From the NCBI GenBank assembly GCA_028534125.1, contig CM052817.1, positions 100,566,001 to 100,630,000 of the forward strand: a DNA stretch of 64,000 nucleotides. Direction: 5' to 3'. Within the stretch, counting starts at the first letter, position 1. Every line of letters begins with the position of its first letter. This DNA comes from Lama glama. Taxonomy: Eukaryota. The notes under the pieces were generated by a model. It had not been told where the DNA came from. It was given only the letters and a program-made list of their open reading frames with translations, and did no database searches. Below are positions 39,101 to 53,358 of the stretch, in pieces. Both the position numbers and the translations under genes were made by a program.

Positions 39101-39762
39101 TAGGAAAATGTAAAGAAACATTTTTTTCTAAATCTTACATACTGAGATGTCTAATTTTTATAAAGAGAAGCAAAAGATATTAATTATTGAAAAAAATTAA
39201 AATTCTCTGTATCATCATTGAACTCAGAGAATTTAGGGGATTACCAAATTATTAAATTCAGGAGGGCAATAACCCACAAATTTGCTTTACCAAGAAAAGT
39301 TTATGATGGTTTACTTTCCGAGTATATACAAAATCTTTATACAAGTGAAAATTTTATGGCTGTTGTTTTCTGATTCAAAGTCAGTACAACTGTTTGGTAA
39401 AACTGGCAGACCTTTCTGAAAAGATCCCAGTGGATTCATCAACAATCTACTAAAGGAGCATAATAAGATTAAAATTATATATATTTTACACATAAAATTA
39501 CACATACAAAAACAAATTATATTATTCTTGATGAGATCAACATTCTGAATATAGGTTTTTAGAAATTAGTATCATTAATAATTCAACAATGAAGGAAAGA
39601 CTTGAATCCAAGAAGAGTATTGAGGAAGAGGTATAATGCTATTTTTAATTTTTGTCACCAAGTTCAAAAGTACTAATTGAACAAACTGATGCAATTTGAG
39701 GATGGTTAATCTGTCAGACACCTTGTTCTGAGTTGTCGTCTGCAAACACAGACCCTGATGTG

Positions 39763-40186
39763 CGACAAAGATTCTCTCCTTGACCAAACTTTAGTCAGGA
39801 TCCTCTGAGCTCTTTTTCAACTAGACCCTGTCCTTGGGCATACTCTCATGAACCAAATTTTAGCAAGAATCCTGCTGAATCAGTCATGCTTGGTATCTCC
39901 CTCTCCATATCTGTTGGGTTCACTATCCTTTAACATCCCCCAGGTGACGTCTGACCACCTTGGTTAAGTTCATTTAACCAGAATCTCTTCTCTACCCCCG
40001 AAGTTACCTCTTAGTAACTTTCTACCCACTGACCCCCACACTTTTCTTTGTTATATTAAGAGTTAAGCCCAATCTGTCTCTCCTACTGTGAACCCCCCAT
40101 GTAGTGGCCCCTGTACCTATCATGACAGTCCCCCTCAATAAAGTCTGTCTTACGATTTTAACAAGGGTCCTATTTTTTCTTTAGCA
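39763..40186 (+). mobile_element. Solo ERV1 LTR (MER31-like)
   Basis: Starts CGACAAAGATTCTCTCCTTGACCAAACTTTAGTCAGG; AATAAA at ~40137; ends TTTCTTTAGCA. Confidence 0.7.
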
Positions 40187-41014
40187 GGTATCATCCCTCA
40201 GCTTACAAAAAGACAACAAACATGCATACTGTCTGAATATTTCCAGTTTTTTATGACTGTAATCATTGCATAATCTATGGGGTAACTTAACAAATGAAAC
40301 ATCTTAAAGAGATTACACAAAAAATCCTAAATTTATAAATGTACCATGCTACCAAAAGTTATTTGTAGAATCTTCAAATGTATTTTCTCAAAGAAACAAT
40401 GTCAAAAGTGATAGGTACCCAGGCTTAACCTCCACAGTACTAATGTAATAGTAGTTGAAAAAAAGCTCATAAAAAAAAATACAACGGTCACAAAACATAG
40501 TAGAAAGAGAATGGCTACTATCTGCAACATTAGAGTCCTGAGGTTAAATACCAGCCTTACTATTTACCAAGAAAATTGGGGAGAGGTAACTTGTTTGAAT
40601 CTTAGCTTTCTAGTCCAGTGAGTGGAGATAATACCTAACTTATAGTACTTAACAAACATTTAAATCATTTAAGAATGAATTAAAATAGACAAAATAGCTG
40701 AACAATACCTAGAAGAGACAGCAGGTTCTTTTAAAATGACAGCAATTATTAACAGCATTATTATACTACTACTGTACATCAAGGAGGGAAATTAATAAAC
40801 AGTATGTTAAAATGCTAGGGATTAGACACAAATTTTTTTCTCTACATCACTACAAAAGAATTAGGAGAGAGAATGAGGGTTTTTAAAGGAAATGAAAGGC
40901 ATATATGGCTCTCACAATCTCTAAAACTTTACTATTAGCTGAAACTTATATTCAAGCAAAATGATACAGGCACAAGATTTACTATAGTATCATTGTAATC
41001 ATAAAAGCCTATAT

Positions 41015-41200
41015 ATCACTGTTTCATAAATAAAGTTTTATTGAAACACAACCATGTCCACCCACTTATTCAAGTACTGCCTACAGCTGTTTCATGCTAG
41101 AATGGCAGAACTGAGTGGTTCTAACAGTGACTAGGACTAGCTGGTCTACAAGGCCTAAAATAGTTGCTGGCCCCTTGCAGAAAACATTTGTGGACCCCTG
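41015..41200 (+). mobile_element. hAT-Charlie MITE, MER58A-like
   Basis: AAATAAAGTTTTATTGAAACACAACCATG...GCAGAACTGAGT...AGAAAACATTTGTGGACCCCTG. Confidence 0.75.
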
Positions 41201-44200
41201 ATTTAAGCCAACCCTCAATGATAACAAAACACAGGAGTAATATTAACTCAAATATTTTCTCAAATGACACAAACACTCTATTTTAATTTAATTTCCACTT
41301 TAAAGAAAAATTATTTTAAGTATGGTATTTTAAACAAAACTTGATATGGAATACAATCGCTACAAAGTTACTTCAACTATCCCATATACTTCATTACTGC
41401 CTGAGCTCTTAGGTTTCAGGTAAGTCCTTGTACCACGCTGGCCTCACCTCATCTCCCTGCTACTCCCACCAGCAGTTCTACCCTGTTCTCCTTGTCAGCT
41501 GTGTTGCTGATGCTTATGCTACACAATCAGTACATGGTTCAAACCCAAGAAATATATAAGGTGCCCTAAAAAACATTATTTGTCTATAAACCAGCACAAT
41601 CAAGCAGACATCTTTAAAAGCCCTATATAAACCACTAGTTGCATGTCATTTGGAAATTTCTACCAAAATAGGAACATTGAAGGATAACTTTGTGAGAATA
41701 TTTTAAATGTTTAAAAGTCTCCAAACAAAACCAAAATGAGTTAATAAATGAGGTTTAAGCATTAAATTTTTTAACACACTACTAGTAATTATAAAGTATC
41801 ATTCCTTCTCTTATTACTAGAAAGAAAAAATGCTGTAGGATAAGCTATGAAATTCCTTCAAGATGTATCCTTATTTATGTGTTTAAAATGTAGAATAATG
41901 ATGTACCTTACGATTTAGGAAATACAGTATTATCCTAATTAGCTATTTCAACTTCAAAGAAAAATAAAACAATTTTCCAGTGATTTTATGTGAGTTCCTA
42001 TAAATCTTCTTTTCCTCTAAAGGACAATCAGTTCTTTTAGAATAAAGTTATATACTCAACTAGTATTCTCAAATATTCCTGAAACTAAGAATTACCTATA
42101 GGACTTATATTTCTCTGATGAGAAACCAGAATAATCCACATGCTAATAACGCAGACTACCAGTACTAATATTATACTTAACAGTGAAGTAAATAAACTTC
42201 CTGAAAACATTTCAAGAGCTACAAACTGAAGTTGTAGTTATAACAACCATTTTACACAATTTTTCAAAATTTTCAAAGTTATTTCATTGTGTAACATTAA
42301 ATGGATCAACCCCTATGATGGATGGAGACGCAATAACACGCTTTTCAAATTTTAATAGGTCAAGACTACATACAGTCTTGTGAGAGATCACTATATATTA
42401 GCTCACTACTTGGTAGGGAAAAAATGGCCTACAAAATAGAGAAGTCTGTATACTTCGTTGTCAGTGTGTAACAATCTGACTCAAACAAGCTAAACATACC
42501 TAATGTGAAAGGCATATTAGATATTAGATACAAAATATGATTAATTACATATCGCACAAAAAGTCTTCTTTAAATCTTTGATAAAAATGCACTAAAAATG
42601 TCTAACTAACATTACCGAAGGAAGGTTAGTAAATTAAATAACAAAGAGCATGTGAATCAATTTAACGCTACCTAAATTAACCAGCTGCAAAAAGGAGGGG
42701 AGAGGATATAATTACACTATCCCTCTAATATTTCTAGTAGTCAGAGTCAATGAGTTATGCAATAGTAAAGTATTGGCAGGCAGTCTAAAACTCAATGTGT
42801 TAATTTTATTTTTTAACTATCTTCCCACAAACGTTCTAGTTTGAATTTTATTTTTTCAAATATTATTACATTGCATTAATATATTATTATATTACATTAT
42901 TATCAATGCAAGGCTATAATTTAATATAACAGTAACTTAGAAAAGTCAAACTGAACAGTGACCCTAGGAAGCCCTGAGGGAAAGCCTTGAAGTTCTCTAT
43001 TAATTTTTCTCATAGAATCTGCTCCTGAGCCTTTTAAGTTTCACGTGCTTGTTAAAAAGATGAAGACAGAAAACATACATAATCTACCATGTACTGTACT
43101 TAAGGCCATCAGAGATATTCAATAAGAAAGAACAAAATTATCTTGAGTGTTAGTATCTTAACTCTTTAATTAAAAAAAAAACTACATTTCTTTTCCTTAA
43201 TTCAAAAATTTACTTCTATTGGTATTTTCTTTCATAGAAGTATTAAAACAATAAATCAGTTTAGTAATGACTTTAAAGCTACTAGAGGCCTCTGTGTAAA
43301 TGCTTAAATCAGAGCAGAGACCTCATTCAGAAGTTAGAAAAGTGACAAAGTCAAAGAAGACAAAATAAAAGAAACACTTTTTGAAAACATAGTAAAGAAG
43401 AAAACAGGAGTGTGACAGAGATACCTACATTCTATTTTCAATGTTGAAATTGTATTACATTTAAAACTCACTCAAAATGTATTCAACATGGCCACCACTC
43501 ATTTAGAGTAGAAGCAGAAACAATTCAAAAAGAACTAAGGAAACTAGAAAACATATTTTCACAAAAGCTATTTAAGTCCCAGCAAATAGAAGATTCTCTT
43601 TACTAAGAAGGAGGAAGACTTCTTAGGAGTTAGAGAGTTAGGAGTTAACCTACTTGATTATAGAATGTTTCCCTTTTAGTTAAAAAAAAAAAAGCAAGGG
43701 GGTGGGGAATTAAAAAGGGAATTAAAACACTAATAGCACTGATATATGCAAATACTCAGTATCCAACAGGTTTTTTATTTTTTATTTTTTTGGTTTAGTG
43801 TGTTCAGGATACTAAACACATTTAAGATCTAAAAATATATCGCTTTAGCTAGTAATTCAAAATGGCAATACCAAGTAACTCAGAAAATATAACAAAACTG
43901 TTAATATTAACAAGGTCAAAACTTGGTGGGGAGGAGGAGAATGTCATCCTGAAAAACATTCAATAGATCATAACCTGGTTACAGATTAGCACGAGTTCTC
44001 CAAAATGTCTGTTAGTTCAGGATTGTCTATATATAAACTGATTCGTAACTGCCACACAATAGCATGCTATTTTTATTTTGTATAACAGCAAAAGTAATGT
44101 CTCTATTAAGTCTGAATTTAAGAAATAGTGATTTGAAAATATTACAGTTTAAAGTACCAGATAAACTCTTGAAAAAAGAGCTAAATGTTGCAATTCCCAC

Positions 44201-44565
44201 ACATAAGGACAGTACCATCAGCTTTTTTGCTTTTCCCACAAAGTTACCATGAATTTGGGTCTTTAGCATTTGCCAACATATTTCAAAACCTACTTTTTAC
44301 ATTTGCCAATTTTAAGTAAGTTTAAAGAATTCTAATATCATAAAAATAAATGAAAGAGACAAAAAGGTGAATTGGGTAACCTTGCCCTCAAGGTTCTCTG
44401 TCATATTATTAAAACTATCATTTAGGTAAGTTTTCACTGGCTATATAATGCACTGATTGTTTCCGTTGTAAGCAGCAATTCAAAGTTGAAGCATTTCTCC
44501 ACCAAACGAGGCAGAAGTAGTTCATTTAAATTAAGATTTCCATTTCTCAAACGTGTGAGACTTAC

Positions 44566-44712
44566 CCGTCTTCGACAAAAAGGGAGGCCTTGGGCAATGA
44601 TGCTAATGCTAAATATCTTCATCACAGTTTGATGTGGTAGAGGCTCTTTTGCACTTTTAAGATCAACAGGAACCAAGCCATGGTTTAGAGTAGCTTTTCC
44701 CGGTTTTGACAT
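44566..44712 (-). CDS. FBXW7: FBXW7 gamma-isoform first coding exon (49 aa; nucleolar isoform)
   Basis: Translates MSKPGKATLNHGLVPVDLKSAKEPLPHQTVMKIFSISIIAQGLPFCRRR, matching the recalled FBXW7-gamma N-terminus. Ends CGG|GTAAGT in phase 0 (147 nt). Confidence 0.96.
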
Positions 44713-45100
44713 TTTAAAATTCCTCTTGGCTGATGATTACTCTCTACATGTAATACAGGCACATTACTAAAAACTCTAACCACCAAAATAAAATATAACT
44801 TCCGAATTAAAAAAAAAAAAGGCTGAGAACCCAAGGCCTGCTGCTTTTGTCTTTCAACCTTCTCCTACCAAGTGTCCTGACCTGTCTGAGGCTTGGTGAA
44901 GTGCAAACTATCCTAGAATAGCCAGGAATTATAAACTACTGAAGTGAAGCTCCTGCTCCTGCCAGTCAGACAGCTGGTGAGCCTCCCATGCACAGTCAGT
45001 AATGCGAATACAACCACAGCAGGGCTGGGCTGTAGGGTCCCTCTTAAAACTTCTCCAGTGACTAACCTAGGTACTCCCCAGAAAGTGAAAGTAAAGTTTT
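44713..45100 (-). promoter_or_regulatory. FBXW7-gamma 5'UTR and proximal promoter
   Basis: Apparently repeat-free sequence directly upstream of the gamma ATG; boundaries inferred. Confidence 0.45.
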
Positions 45101-46304
45101 CTTTAGCAAATTACAAAAGATAAATATAGTATTTTCTCTTGAATATCTTATTAAGTTTTGCTTACTCAAATATCAGCATTAATATTTTAGGTAAGTTTTG
45201 AATTGTGCTTTAAATTTAAGGACAGTGTTTATGCATGTCCCCCAAATATACATATGTATTTATTCTATCTCAGATATATTCAGAATGATCACTGTATCTT
45301 CCAGTGTTTGTCTTAAGCATGCTCTTTCCCTCTTCGATACATATCATTCTTTATCTTATACTAAGACATAATCTACTCTAGCTCTTTATAGCTGTTAATA
45401 CGCACTTCAGATTAATCTTACCAGGAGACATTTCAGTTGTCTGCAAATTCCAGTTCAATCTCTTTAATTCTGAAACACTTAGTGATTCCACTTGAAAGTA
45501 TAACTGTCATGTGATCGATTGAATATATTTAAAAACCCAAGTATTTATAAAGACAACCTGTGATGGAAAGTAATTATAACAAAATGAGTAATAAGTAAAC
45601 AGTTCCTCACAAATCTGTAGGGCCTGATTTCTCTAACAGTCAGGTACCTCTTCCTAAAACATGCAGAAGGAATGTGGTGTACAATCCACTCCTCAAGAAC
45701 TTTCAATGGTTCCCCGATGCCTAAGACAAAGTTTGGAGATGAAGACACTCCTCAAAGTGGCCCTAACCTCAACTTGTCAGTATTATCTCAAATATTTCCT
45801 TAAATTAACTACTTATGCCAGTGTTAACTCATCTTTATGCTACATTTCATATTCAAATCCAAGAAGTGGACTGTTATAAAGGTAAGAAAAAAAGTCTAGT
45901 GTGAGAATTGACAGAAGTTTTAACAGATGATAGGTAATAGATGTGAACTATCCATTCACAATGTTCAGTTAGTTGATTCTCCTTCCATTCTGTTTTCTTC
46001 TTCCAATAGTTAGTCATTTCACTTATCTCTTCTTCCAGTAGCTTTTATGGACTGTTATAGTGGGAATTTAGAATGTGATATGGAGAGAATTACAAAGAAG
46101 AATGTCAGAAATGGGCGTTCTTTTTTGACTTTGGAGAGATATGTCTTACTTAAGTGGGTTACTAGGAAGTCAATCCACACAGAGGAAATACCATAGTCCT
46201 ACCATAATGCTACTTTTTAAAAGTTCACCTCTCTCTGATATCACAATTTAAAATGTAGTCAAAAATGCAGTTATTAGCAGAGGTGACATTTTTAGTTACA
46301 CAAA

Positions 46305-47143
46305 AGTAAACAACTGAATTTCTCCAAAGAAGATATATAAATGATCAATACGCATGCACACATAAAGATGCTCAGTATCACTACTCATTATGGAAATGCA
46401 AATCAAAACCAGAACCACAATGCATACCTATTAATATGGCTATTATTTAAACACACACACAGAGAAAAATAAGCATTGGCAGAGATGGAGAGAAACTAGA
46501 ACTCTTGTGCACTGTTGGTGGGAATGCAAAATGGATGTAGCTACTATGGGAAATATAGAGTCCTCAAAAAAATTACTACATGATCCAGCAATTCCACTTT
46601 TGGGTATACACCCAAAAGAACTGAAAGAAGGGCTCACACACACAGATATTTGTAAAACCATGTTCAAAGCAGCATTATTCACAATAGTCAAGAAATGGAA
46701 ACAACCTTAGTAACCAGTGATGGAAAAAAATGTGGTACATACATATACAGTGGGATATTATTCAGCCTAAAAAGGAAGGAAATTCTGACACAACGTGGAT
46801 GAACCTTAAAGACATAATGCTAAGTGTAATAAGTTAGTCAAAAAAGGATAAATTTTGTATGATTTCACCTATATGAGGTATCTAGAGTAGTTAAATTTAT
46901 AGACAGAAAGTAGAATGATGGTTGCCAGGAGCTAGAGGGAGAAAGGAATGAGGAGTTAGTGCTTAATGGGTACAGAATTTCTGCTGGAAAAGAAAAAATT
47001 TCTGGAGATGGACAGTGGTAATGGTTGCACAACATTGTGAATATACTTAACATCACTGAATTATACACTTAAATATGATTAAAATAGTAAATTTTATGTT
47101 ATAGGTATTTAATTATAATAAAAATTGTTTCAATAAAAAAAAA
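46305..47143 (+). mobile_element. LINE-1 3' fragment (ORF2 C-terminus, 3'UTR and poly(A); L1MA/MB-like)
   Basis: Contains the L1 ORF2 C-terminal peptide HCWWECK...HDPAIPLLGIHPKELK...MFKAALFTIVKKWKQP and ends AATAAA plus an A-run. Confidence 0.9.
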
Positions 47144-47349
47144 ACCAACTAAGAATACAACCATAACCACTGAAAAAAAAAAATAACAGAGATCTAGGCA
47201 TAGAAGAGAGGGTACCAGAAATCTTGTAAGCAAAAGGTGAGACTGGTATCTAAGATAAGCACATCTATGGCCCCACCAGACTACTTACTACCTTGCAGAA
47301 TGCAGGTCTCTAGCCTCATTCTTGTCTCAGTATCTCCTCCGATGCTCAT

Positions 47350-47578
47350 TTTCTTTCTTTTCTTTTTCCTTCCTTCCTTCCCACCTTCCCTTCCTTCCTT
47401 CTTCCTTTCCTTTCCTCCCCACCGCTCCTCTCCTCTCCTTTCCTTTCTTTTTTTTGGGGGTGGGGTGGGGTGGGATATTTAGGCTTACTTATTTATTTAA
47501 TGGCGGTACTGGGGATTGAACCCAGGACTTGGTGCATGCTAAGCATGTGCTCTACCACTTGAGCTATACCTCCCCACC
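47350..47578 (-). mobile_element. tRNA-derived SINE, camelid vic-1-like, with expanded purine-rich tail
   Basis: Reverse strand reads GGGGAGGTATAGCTCAAGTGGTAGAGCACATGCTTAGCATGCACCAAGTCCTGGGTTCAATCCCCAGTACC, followed by a (GGAA)-like tail. Confidence 0.85.
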
Positions 47579-48894
47579 TCACTTTATTTCTTAACACAAG
47601 TCTAATCTTTTTTTGTGTGTATAACATAACCTTCAGTCATATTGTGTCTTTTTCTCCTTATTAGAAAAATCCCTTTGTTGAAGTAGCTCCTGTGGAATGC
47701 CCCCTTCCCAAATTACTATCAGTGCCTACCTTGTTAATATTTCATATAGTGTTATATAGCCTGACATTCTTTGTTCTCAAAAAATTTGTCTCAGTGATAT
47801 CTTTGAAATCAGTTAGTTCATTAACCCCCCAAAATTCATTTCTTGGAACAACACAGAAGATCTAATTTAAACTAAGTGATATTCCAACACGGAAAAATTA
47901 GAAGAGTGTACTACATTCCACAAGTTTAACATACTCATTCTGCAGAGAAAAATGAATCAAACAGATCAACTCCAAACTTAACTTTCACTTAATTCATTGG
48001 TTAATAAAGATAATCATACTGAAAATTATAATTTTTCACTTTTATATTTAAAAGCCCTCAGAGAACTTTATTATCACATGTATTTACATGCAGATAGTTT
48101 AAAGGTAAGGAAGATATGAATCTCTCTCATCTTCTTGGAGTCTGATCCTAAAAGGGACTCGTGGAGGGGAGCTGGAATTAATAAAAAATTTGGACTGGGA
48201 AAACCAGAACTAAAATAAACAGTGTTCATTTTACTGTTTATAAGAGGGCAGAAATTATTATGAACTAAAACTAGTTTTTCATTTTCAAGAAATTATTTAC
48301 AACAATAACAGGAGTAAAAATTAAGGCTATTTTATCTATCAAGTGTTGTGTGTTACACTAGATACCAAGTTTTAATAAACACAAAGCGGTGATAGTCTAA
48401 TCCAACTCTTTTTAAATTGGTAAATAGCTGCCCTCAACTGGATAGTACAGAGCACTGCAACTCAAGCAAACACAATATTGAAATTACGTGTCTACAAAAA
48501 TACACCTTGGTAAAAACAAGACATTGTTAAGTCATTGAGCAGAGTACTAATTTCCAAACTAAGTTTCATCTTTTTTTTCTGAGGATTCAAATTAACAATA
48601 ATTCTAAAGCAATGTTCTTAATCAACATGGAAACATTCAAAATACAAAATCTTCAAATACAGAAGAAAACCCTAGTAAATGAGGGAAATTATAGTCAATG
48701 TGCAGGAGAATCCCTACCGTTAATACTTTAAAATGCAGCTAGCTCCTTGTGTTTAGGAAAAAAACAAAGTCTTAGTCTCATTTATCCTTTTAAAAATACA
48801 TAAGATAGTCTCAATTATTAACTCCCTTCCCAAACTGAGACTTTTCAAAAGAGACAAGCTCTTTTAAGATGGTATCAGTAAGTATTAAGGAAGT

Positions 48895-49126
48895 ACGATA
48901 CAGTAGGTTGGAATATTGATGCTGGAGTCAAACTGCCACAGTCCAAAGCTGGTTCTATCACTTATTAGTGGTATGATGTTAAATTAATGCCTCTGTGCCT
49001 CGATTTCCTCTATATAGAACTTACCTCACAAGATTGTTATGAAGATCAAATTGGTCAATGTAAGTGAAACACATAGAACAATATTTCACATCTAGTAAGT
49101 GCTCAATATTGCTAGCTGCCATTATT
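48895..49126 (+). mobile_element. MIR SINE
   Basis: CTGGAGTCAAACTGCC...CTCTGTGCCTC...TAGTAAGTGCTCAATA. Confidence 0.75.
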
Positions 49127-52100
49127 AACACTGTAAAAAAAAAAAAGTCACATAGAGCTTTGTAGACTACATTTCAATTAAAAAAAAAAAAGCCCCTAAG
49201 AAAGCAAGCAAAGATTCTAAAACCCACCTGTCATAACTTTGGAGTAGAACATTATAAAACATAATCACAAGTTTTAGAAGTTTAGACTTCCACAATTCTG
49301 TCAAAATTTTATCTAAAAATTAAGCCATAGCATCTCAGTTGTTGTGTCTTGGCATTTTAAGATTCCAGACATCACTGATTATCCACCCAAGAAGAACTCA
49401 GCATTAGGGAATTTGTGGTAAAGAGAAGATCTCAATACAAGATATTGTGCCTACTTATCACTTTCTGTATCAGAAGTTTTCAAAGTCTAACATAAAAACT
49501 TTTGAAAGGGAGAGTATTAGCATATGCCATTTAAACTCAGTATCATGCATTACTTCTGTGAATTTAAGCAATAAATGACTTACAGAAACAGAAAAATTTT
49601 AGATGCTAAAAATTATACCACTACGTAAGTGACATAAATCAGAATCAATATCTTTTTGAGATGAGAATATGGTATTACAAAGCATACTCATTTATTCAGG
49701 GACACAGAGTGAGGCAGATTATTCTCTGTATCTAAATCACTGTTTTCAGTCTTTCCTTACACCTTAGATACCAGAATGTTAAAGTATCTCCCTAAAGTAT
49801 CTGTAAGTGATTCGTGTACAAAGACAGAGCAACTTAAAAACAGGGAAAAACAATAATGAATCAAGAAATTAAGTTCTTTGCTTAAGTTCTTTAACAGTCA
49901 AGCTTGTATTAGAAACAAGTGCAAAAAAAAAAAAAACACTCCATAGAACATATCGTTATTTCAGTTGTAGAAACAAAAATACAAACAGATTTAATGTGAA
50001 AGAAAAATTTAAATATACGGCATTACTCAAAGTTTTATTATTCATAAAAGGCATAAGTAAAATGAGTACAAATGTTTTATAAAAGTTAAAATCACATTCA
50101 AAATGATTCCTTAAAAAGTTTTAGGAGACACTTAAATGCTCGAAGTGTTCACTAAGAAAAGATTACAAATTCCAATTACAGTGTACTTAAGATATTATAT
50201 CCACATAAACATTTAGTGGGTCACAACTTATTACTGTACTGCTTGCTAATTTTCTTTATCCAGGGACCTAGGGTAGCCCCTAACTACTTAAAAGAAATTA
50301 GTGTGGGTTTTGAAACAGAACATACAGTTTACACAAGTGCTATAAAAATGTGACCTGTTAACTAGACATTTGCAAAATAAAAGCATTACATATATCTATA
50401 TATATGCAACATTTTCAAAGTAAAATGCTGCCAATATCAGGTTACATAAAGTATTGTACCTGCGTGATTTATATAATCAAAGTCTGATTGCTGGACATTT
50501 AGGTTATTTCCAAACTCTGCTGGAAAATTTCAGTTATTTTAAAATAACTAGCTGAAAATAAAGTTAAAAGTTAAAAAGTAAACTATATAAAAGCCAACCA
50601 AAAAAGCCTTTAAAAATGATAATGAAACAGTACACTAGAAACACTATGACTCAAAACCCCCAACTATTTATTAACTTATTTACAACTAAATTTATTTACA
50701 ATTAAATTATTCTTGACTAAACCGTTAGCTCAATCAACTTTCAGCCAGATTACCTGGAGTACTCCAGGTAAGCTTACTGGTATACAAAAAATACTAGGTG
50801 AATTTTAAGTTCTAGTTTCAGCTCTACTACTAACCAGTGACCTTAGGTAAGTCTCTTAAGTTGTCTTAGATTTTGGATTTCTAGAATGAGGAATGAGGAT
50901 GTTGGATCAAATGAAAAAGAATGAAGTTCCTTGCAGCTTTAAGAATACAGCATAGTTCTAATAGCACCAAGTCTACCGCCAGAATTCTTGTAATGTGATG
51001 GGTTGTCAATCTGGTGAGCCTTTCTTTATTATAGTTTAGTAAGTAGCTACAGTTTTACAAAACGTATCTATAAATAAAATTCACTGATTCTATTCTCTTA
51101 TGTGTATATCTTCTAAAAACAGGCATCTAACCTTGTGTTGTGAACACGTATTTGTGTTATATAATAAGAAAAGATTTTCAATGACACAAGTTACAGGCAT
51201 AATTTTTTAAAATATGATTTTAAATATGAAATTCAAGAAAAAAATCTCAGAATTTTTCTGATTCCATATTATTCTATAATATTTTTAATATATTTCTCCT
51301 TTCCTACTTACTATAAGTGGCATAAACAGTGACATAGAGAGTATATTTGATTTTGTTTTTAATGAGTAAACTTTGGGTTTTATTTCCATATTTGTGTCTC
51401 AGGATTTTAATTGTTAATATTAAAAATGATACTTTTCCTCATTCTTTCATTAAGCATTTAAAGAAATATCTGTGATAAAACAAAAATCCAACTATTGCAT
51501 TGAGTTAAGTATTTCAAAAATGCCCAGTATGAAGTCCTCAATAACTATAACATAACTTGTCTCAAGATTAAGTTTAACTCTTACAGTCTGTGATGGGTTA
51601 TCCCAGCTGTTAAATTGGTCTTTCACAGCTGCTCCTCAAGAATTTAGCAGATGATTATTATAGTTACACCTTTAAGTCAACTATGACAAAAATGACATAG
51701 TAATTACAGGTATTTCAGTCATGCAAAAGCCTCATGTGATGACAGAGTGATTTAAAAGCAACTTAATTTCCCACAATTCTCCAAATAAAATTTAAGTGTA
51801 AGAAAGAAGACAAAAATTTCTTTAAATATCAGTTGTTTAAGGTCCATGATTTAAATTACTTTTATGAAGAAACTTAAGCATAAAAGTGTCATTAACCTTT
51901 CAGTTAAACTAAATATAATTTATCATTTATTTTTCCTATAAAAATTCTGAAGAGTGTTGTAGGCCAGGGAGTAATAAATAAGGACATAATATTAACAATT
52001 ATTTTAAAGCACAGTAAGTAATGTTGGTGGCTTTTTCTAAGCTTAAAAAAACTAAGCTATAATGCAGGAAGTTCACCAAATTGATGGCTTAACACTTTGT

Positions 52101-52894
52101 AGGAATTTATCCCATGAAAAATAAAATGGAAATGTAAGATATTTGACAGTGTTAACAATTAAAGAAACAAATAGTAAGGAGTGGGGAGATAATCATGTTT
52201 CCCCACTGTTGAGAGTTTTTGATGCAATTTTAAGTAAAAATTAATTATTTTTGAGTGAGAGGAATATAATTCCACAACTTCAATTATATAATTTTCAGTA
52301 ACATTCTATTAAAACATATGAGACTTAACAGTATTCACTGAATAAATTATTCATTATAAATATTCACTTGTCAATACTCACCTCAGCATCAAATTTAAGA
52401 ACAGAATTAACTTTATGCATAGAAAATACTGTAATATGGAATTTAGCTATAGAAAATACATATTTAGGGTCTCACTCTTGGATGAGCTGACAATTGATAG
52501 CCCTGGCCTTTTTACACTGTGAAAAGTACATAATTCAACAAAATACATCATCTGATATGTATCAATATTAATTTCATAGCTGAAGTTTAAATTAAACTGA
52601 CAGTCTAAGTTTTTATTCTTCCAATAAATAAAACACTATTTATCAAGAAAGATTAAAAACAAAGACAAACAAAACTCAATCCCTATAACCCTTGATTATG
52701 CCTGAAACAGAAAGATCCTGGGATGGAAGGAGAAAGCCAGGGATGCTAGGAGACTGACTATCAGAGATCAACAGGAGATACAAAGAGATATAAAGGACGT
52801 CTGCAGCTACAGAGCTCAGAAAAAATATACATTATTTCATATTGGTACAATGACGTGAGGGAAGGATTAAACACGGACAGAGTTCCTAAGTAGA

Positions 52895-53050
52895 TCATGC
52901 TTTTTATTTCACTTAAATGTCATGACAAGGCTGTGAAGTATCACTATCCGACATTTTATAGACAAGGAAACTGAGGTTCAGAAAGGTTTAAAAATTTGCC
53001 CAAGGTAACATAGCTGCCAGGCAGTGGAGCTGAGATTTTTTTACCCTAGT
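52895..53050 (-). mobile_element. MIR SINE
   Basis: CATTTTATAGACAAGGAAACTGAGGTTCAGAAAGG...TTGCCCAAGG. Confidence 0.8.
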
Positions 53051-53223
53051 ATATCTAATTCCTGATTTGTAATAGAACATATATTCTATTCTACAGAATG
53101 TTAGGCCTAACCTAGTTGTATTACTTTCTAAATCTAGTTGTTTGGAGATTCACTTTTTATTACATATGTTTCAGATATGTAAGTTTGCTAGGATAACAGA
53201 AATAAAGTACTACATAAGTTACA

Positions 53224-53231
<8 letters not shown>

Positions 53232-53263
<32 letters not shown>

Positions 53264-53272
53264 TGTGTGTGT
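53232..53272. repeat. (TG)n microsatellite with one interruption
   Basis: Read directly from the sequence. Confidence 0.95.
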
Positions 53273-53358
53273 ATAAACGGGATCTGTTTTAATGAGCTTG
53301 ATTTTCTTGTACGAATGAAAACAAAAACAGTTCTAAGAACAAAGATGTCATGACCTCC

